Shown one piece after another: positions 60,216 to 64,000 of a DNA stretch of 64,000 nucleotides. The first letter of the stretch is position 1, and every line of letters starts with the position of its first letter. Position numbers and translations under genes: made by a program. This stretch comes from Blastocystis sp. Blastoise (taxonomy: Eukaryota; Protista; Bigyra: Opalinata): the NCBI GenBank assembly GCA_039096225.1, contig JBBPEB010000014.1, forward strand, positions 372,001-436,000, given 5' to 3'. Below the pieces are notes generated by a model. The model was not told where the DNA came from. It saw nothing but the letters and a program-made list of their open reading frames with translations, and ran no database searches.

Positions 60216-60605
60216 AATGAATATATATATATAATCTTTTGTGAGTTCGTTTTTAATATTCTTCATAAGTATATTCTCATTATTCACTTAATGAAACTTT
60301 TTCCTCTTTTATCTATATTTCTCTACAATAAAATAATTAATTTCTTTCGCATATTTTGTCTATTTCAATGTGCTTTTTAAAAATGAATTGTGTTTATTAA
60401 GAAATAAAGTTATGTTTTAATAGTCTTTTCATTTCAAATCCTCTTTGTTGTGTTTATTTAAATAATTTAATTGCTCATATTAGTATACTCAGAAAAAATA
60501 TAGTATTCATATATAGTTTTCAATAAAAAATATAAACAATTATTCTTTTATGACTTTTTTCATTCTTTACATTAATAGTATGATTATTAATTATATAAAT
60601 ATCAA

Positions 60606-61156
60606 TTAATGCGGTTTAGGAACATGACCGTCAACGTAAAAGTTTCTTGTATGTTTTGGAAGTGTTATCTATATATATATGTAAAATTTCATTCTAAAAG
60701 AATACTAATAAAAGAATTTAAATTATTTTTTTATTAATAGAATATATATAAATATATATATATACTTCTAATTGATCACAATCGTCAGGAATAATAACTT
60801 GACAGGCTAAACGTGAACTATACATAAATATATTTATAAATATGAAAATTAATTTATATATACGTCTCACATTGATCTGGAACAGAATCTAATAAATCTT
60901 CTTCTAAATCATTTGCACATTCTACTTTATTATATGAAGATTCACCTAGAATCACATGACAGGTTGCACAAGCTAAAGAACCTTCACAGGCACCTTCTAA
61001 AGGTAAATTATTATTATGAGCAACAGTTAGAATTGACTTTCCTGATTCACTTTTTACAGTCTTACTTGATCCATCAGGTAGATGAAAAGTAACATTACAA
61101 ATAGAACGGAACGAATAGCTTAAGATTGGCTTATAAAGTTGTTTTAATGCAAGCAT
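60606..61156 (-). CDS. Mitochondrial/MRO 2Fe-2S ferredoxin (adrenodoxin/Yah1 type), 3 exons
   Basis: [35 protein letters not shown], and leader [18 protein letters not shown]. Confidence 0.93.
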
Positions 61157-62129
61157 GTGTTTTAATTAATTTATTGAGAAAAGAAGATTTATTCTAAAAA
61201 TTTCTTTTTTTAATATACTTTTCGTCCTCTTAGGAATTGATTTGTCTTTTATAATTGTTCATTTATTTTATATATATGGAGTGACTTGTGAAATACATAA
61301 ATTCTTGAAATAAATTTCAATTTTGATACCAAATTCTTCTTTTCCTTTGATGACGTTCTTTATAATTCAAAGAATATTCTATGCAGAGTTCACCGAATCT
61401 CTTATACATTTTATATAAAGCATAATAATACAAAATATAAAGATTGTCTTGTGTTCAAATTATTCTTTTCTAATGAACTAAGAAAATACTGCTAAAAAGC
61501 TATATTCTTTGATATTCTAAATGACACAAAAAGTATTTGATTACTATTTTCAAAGTGAATTCATAAATATTGTTAGAATCAAATATTTTTTTAATTGAAG
61601 ATTGAGTTTAATTAAGAATTTAGAGATGTACTATGCAATGATAAAACTATAATAGATTATTTATGTAAAAAAATGTGTACATTACATAATATGATGATCT
61701 TTGTGATGATCAATTTAATACAGATCTTGATGATATCACTATATCTAATATATGATTTTACGTGTATTGAGACTATCAACAAGTTGCTATTTGCAGTAGA
61801 TAATGAAAGATTAGCAATCATTTGTTCAAATCGAATTCAATCTTATTGAGATTGTCTTAGTTGCTTTTTGATATGAGAGCATGCCCTAAAATAGATCTTT
61901 ATGCTCAAAACGAATAAGAAACAGAATACAAATTCGACAACAAAATATGAATTATGAAAACATTGTTTTATTCACTAAAGAAATATGAAAAAAACACGGG
62001 AATCTGGAAAACACCAAATTGAAGCCGTTCTCATCATTCTTTGGGGGAAAATCATGTCCATCGTTTTTCTTAAAAGCCTTCAATTTTCATTTATTATTTG
62101 ATTATCGTTTTCATTGAGTATTCAAGATA

Positions 62130-63115
62130 ATGATAACAAAAATATCCGAGTTTTTGCGCAAAGAGTTTCCAGATCTTATTGAAGACTTCGTTCCTTTTCT
62201 TTCACAAGCTGTTGATGACATAACAACTCCTTCTGTTGATTCAATTTCTCAAGTTCTGACACCTTATCTCGAGAGTTATGGGATAGATATTATGTCAGAT
62301 GATTATAAGGCAAAACTTGAGGCTTTATCGGAATTATTGATCAGTTTGAAACCTCATCTAAAGATAAAAAAGTATGCATCAAAATTGATATTTTTGTAGG
62401 GAACATGATTTGTGTATTATATTTATTTTTGTGGTGTTTGTTATATAGAGTAGTAATTAATCTGTTTGTTTAGGGAGAAAAAACCAAAGAGAATAGATGG
62501 ATTCAGTGTATCTGATGCTGCCGTTGCTGTTGAGGAGAAGATTCGTTTACAAAAAGCTATTGAAAAAGATGTAGCTGTTAATATTAATTCTGAAATTAAT
62601 GATGAAGAAAATTTAAAGAAAGCCAAACTACGTGCAGATCGTACTCAACGACGATTAGAACGTAATAAAACAAAATTATATATATATATTATTATTATTA
62701 TTTATTTGCTTATTATTTATTATTTATTTGTTTATTATTATTATTTATTTGTTTATTATTATTATTTATTTATTATTATTCTACTTAATATTCTTTTTTA
62801 TTTCCCTCCAGTCCCCCTCCGTCAGTCCCTCCGAGGAGCCCGAGGCCGCTGCTCCCGTTTTATCAGTTGATCTCAATGCTGTAGGCAATGGAAAAAATAT
62901 TGATATTGAGCACGTGACTATTGGTGTTCCTAATAAATCCCTCCTTGAGGATGCCGCGTTACATCTGACGCATAATCATAAATATGGTTTAATTGGACGA
63001 AATGGTGTAGGTAAATCTACTCTTTTAAGACATATTGCTCGCCGTTTACTTCCTGGATTCCCTCAACACATATCTATTATGTTTGTAGAACAAGAAGTAT
63101 ATATAATATATAGTA

Positions 63116-63168
<53 letters not shown>

Positions 63169-64000
63169 GATTGAAGGTTGTGATAAGACATGTATTGATT
63201 TTGTATTAGGTAGTGATACTATATATGTTACTCTAAAGGAACGAAAGGAAGAACTCTCCAAGAAAGCAGAACATGGATCTGCGACTGTAGAGGAGTTACA
63301 GGAGTTACAAACCGTTACAAATGAGTACGCTTATCGTGAATATGATAAGGCTATGGATAAATGCTTATATATATTAAAGGGATTAGGTTTCACTGATGAT
63401 TATATACATAAACAAACACAAGAATTATCAGGAGGATGGAGAATGAGAGTTTCGTTAGCAGCTGCTTTATTTAGTCATCCTGATTTACTGTTACTGGATG
63501 AACCAACCAATCACTTGGATCTCCCCACTGTCACGTGGCTTCAAGATTTCTTAGTAGAATATGAGGGATCGTGCGTATTTGTGTCTCACGATCGTTACTT
63601 TTTGAATTATATCGTCACCGATATTGTCTTATTACGTAATAAACGTTTACTATATTATAAGGGTGATTATAATACGTATGAGAAGAGTGAGCACGAGTTA
63701 CTGTTGAATCGTCAGAGAGAGTTACAGAAGGTGCAGGACAGAGAAGACCATATGATGAAGTTCATTAATCGATTCCGATTCAATGCTAATAGAGCTGAGT
63801 ATATATATAATATAATATTATATATTATTATAATATAATATTATATACTATTATATACCATTATAATATCTATATAGTTTGGTTCAATCTCGTTTGAAGG
63901 AGATGAAGAGATTGGAGGAACAGAAGGAAGAGATCGTTAAGATGGGATACGGAGAAGAAGAAGAACAAAAACTATGTGTGTTCAAATTTAATGAATTATA
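62130..64000 (+). CDS. ABC-F subfamily ATPase (ABCF3/Gcn20-like), 3'-truncated by the window
   Basis: YGLIGRNGVGKSTLL, LSGGWRMR, LLLDEPTNHLD, VSHDRYFL and FINRFRFNANRA. No TM domains. Confidence 0.92.

Noticed and set aside
61560-61900. Coding-like fragments between ferredoxin and ABCF
   Set aside because: Multiple stops, no consistent splice model and no recognisable motif.

Overview
Eukaryotic, extremely AT-rich, gene-dense and intron-rich genomic DNA. A TPI-GAPDH fusion with a mitochondrial-type presequence, a DDEL-ending BiP, some ~30-nt introns and a TGTTT(T)GTT 3' motif point to a stramenopile, probably a low-GC Blastocystis/Opalinata lineage (inference). I assembled about 22 spliced or intronless genes by hand: GH20-like, FKRP/LicD-like, AP2, THUMPD1, histidine acid phosphatase, HNMT-like, hAT transposase, 4x GILT-like, PWWP-like, cytidine deaminase, BiP, a hypothetical protein, TPI-GAPDH, PGK, 3xSAM, cN-III, PDZ-RGS-DENN, Gemin6-like, GPN3, CCCH, ferredoxin and ABCF. 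The most unusual signal is the splicing. Some introns are pure microsatellites, e.g. GT(AT)47AG and GTATT(TAT)~155AG. Several introns appear to need a non-canonical AT...AG boundary; the best case is fixed by GPN3 protein conservation. One intron is a clear U12-type AT-AC intron. The window also holds an apparently intact hAT transposon (10-bp TIR, perfect 8-bp TSD) whose transposase carries such microsatellite introns, plus several unusual domain fusions or pseudoenzymes. Most short ORFs in the supplied track are translations of intronic repeats. Exon structures are manual predictions with no transcript data.
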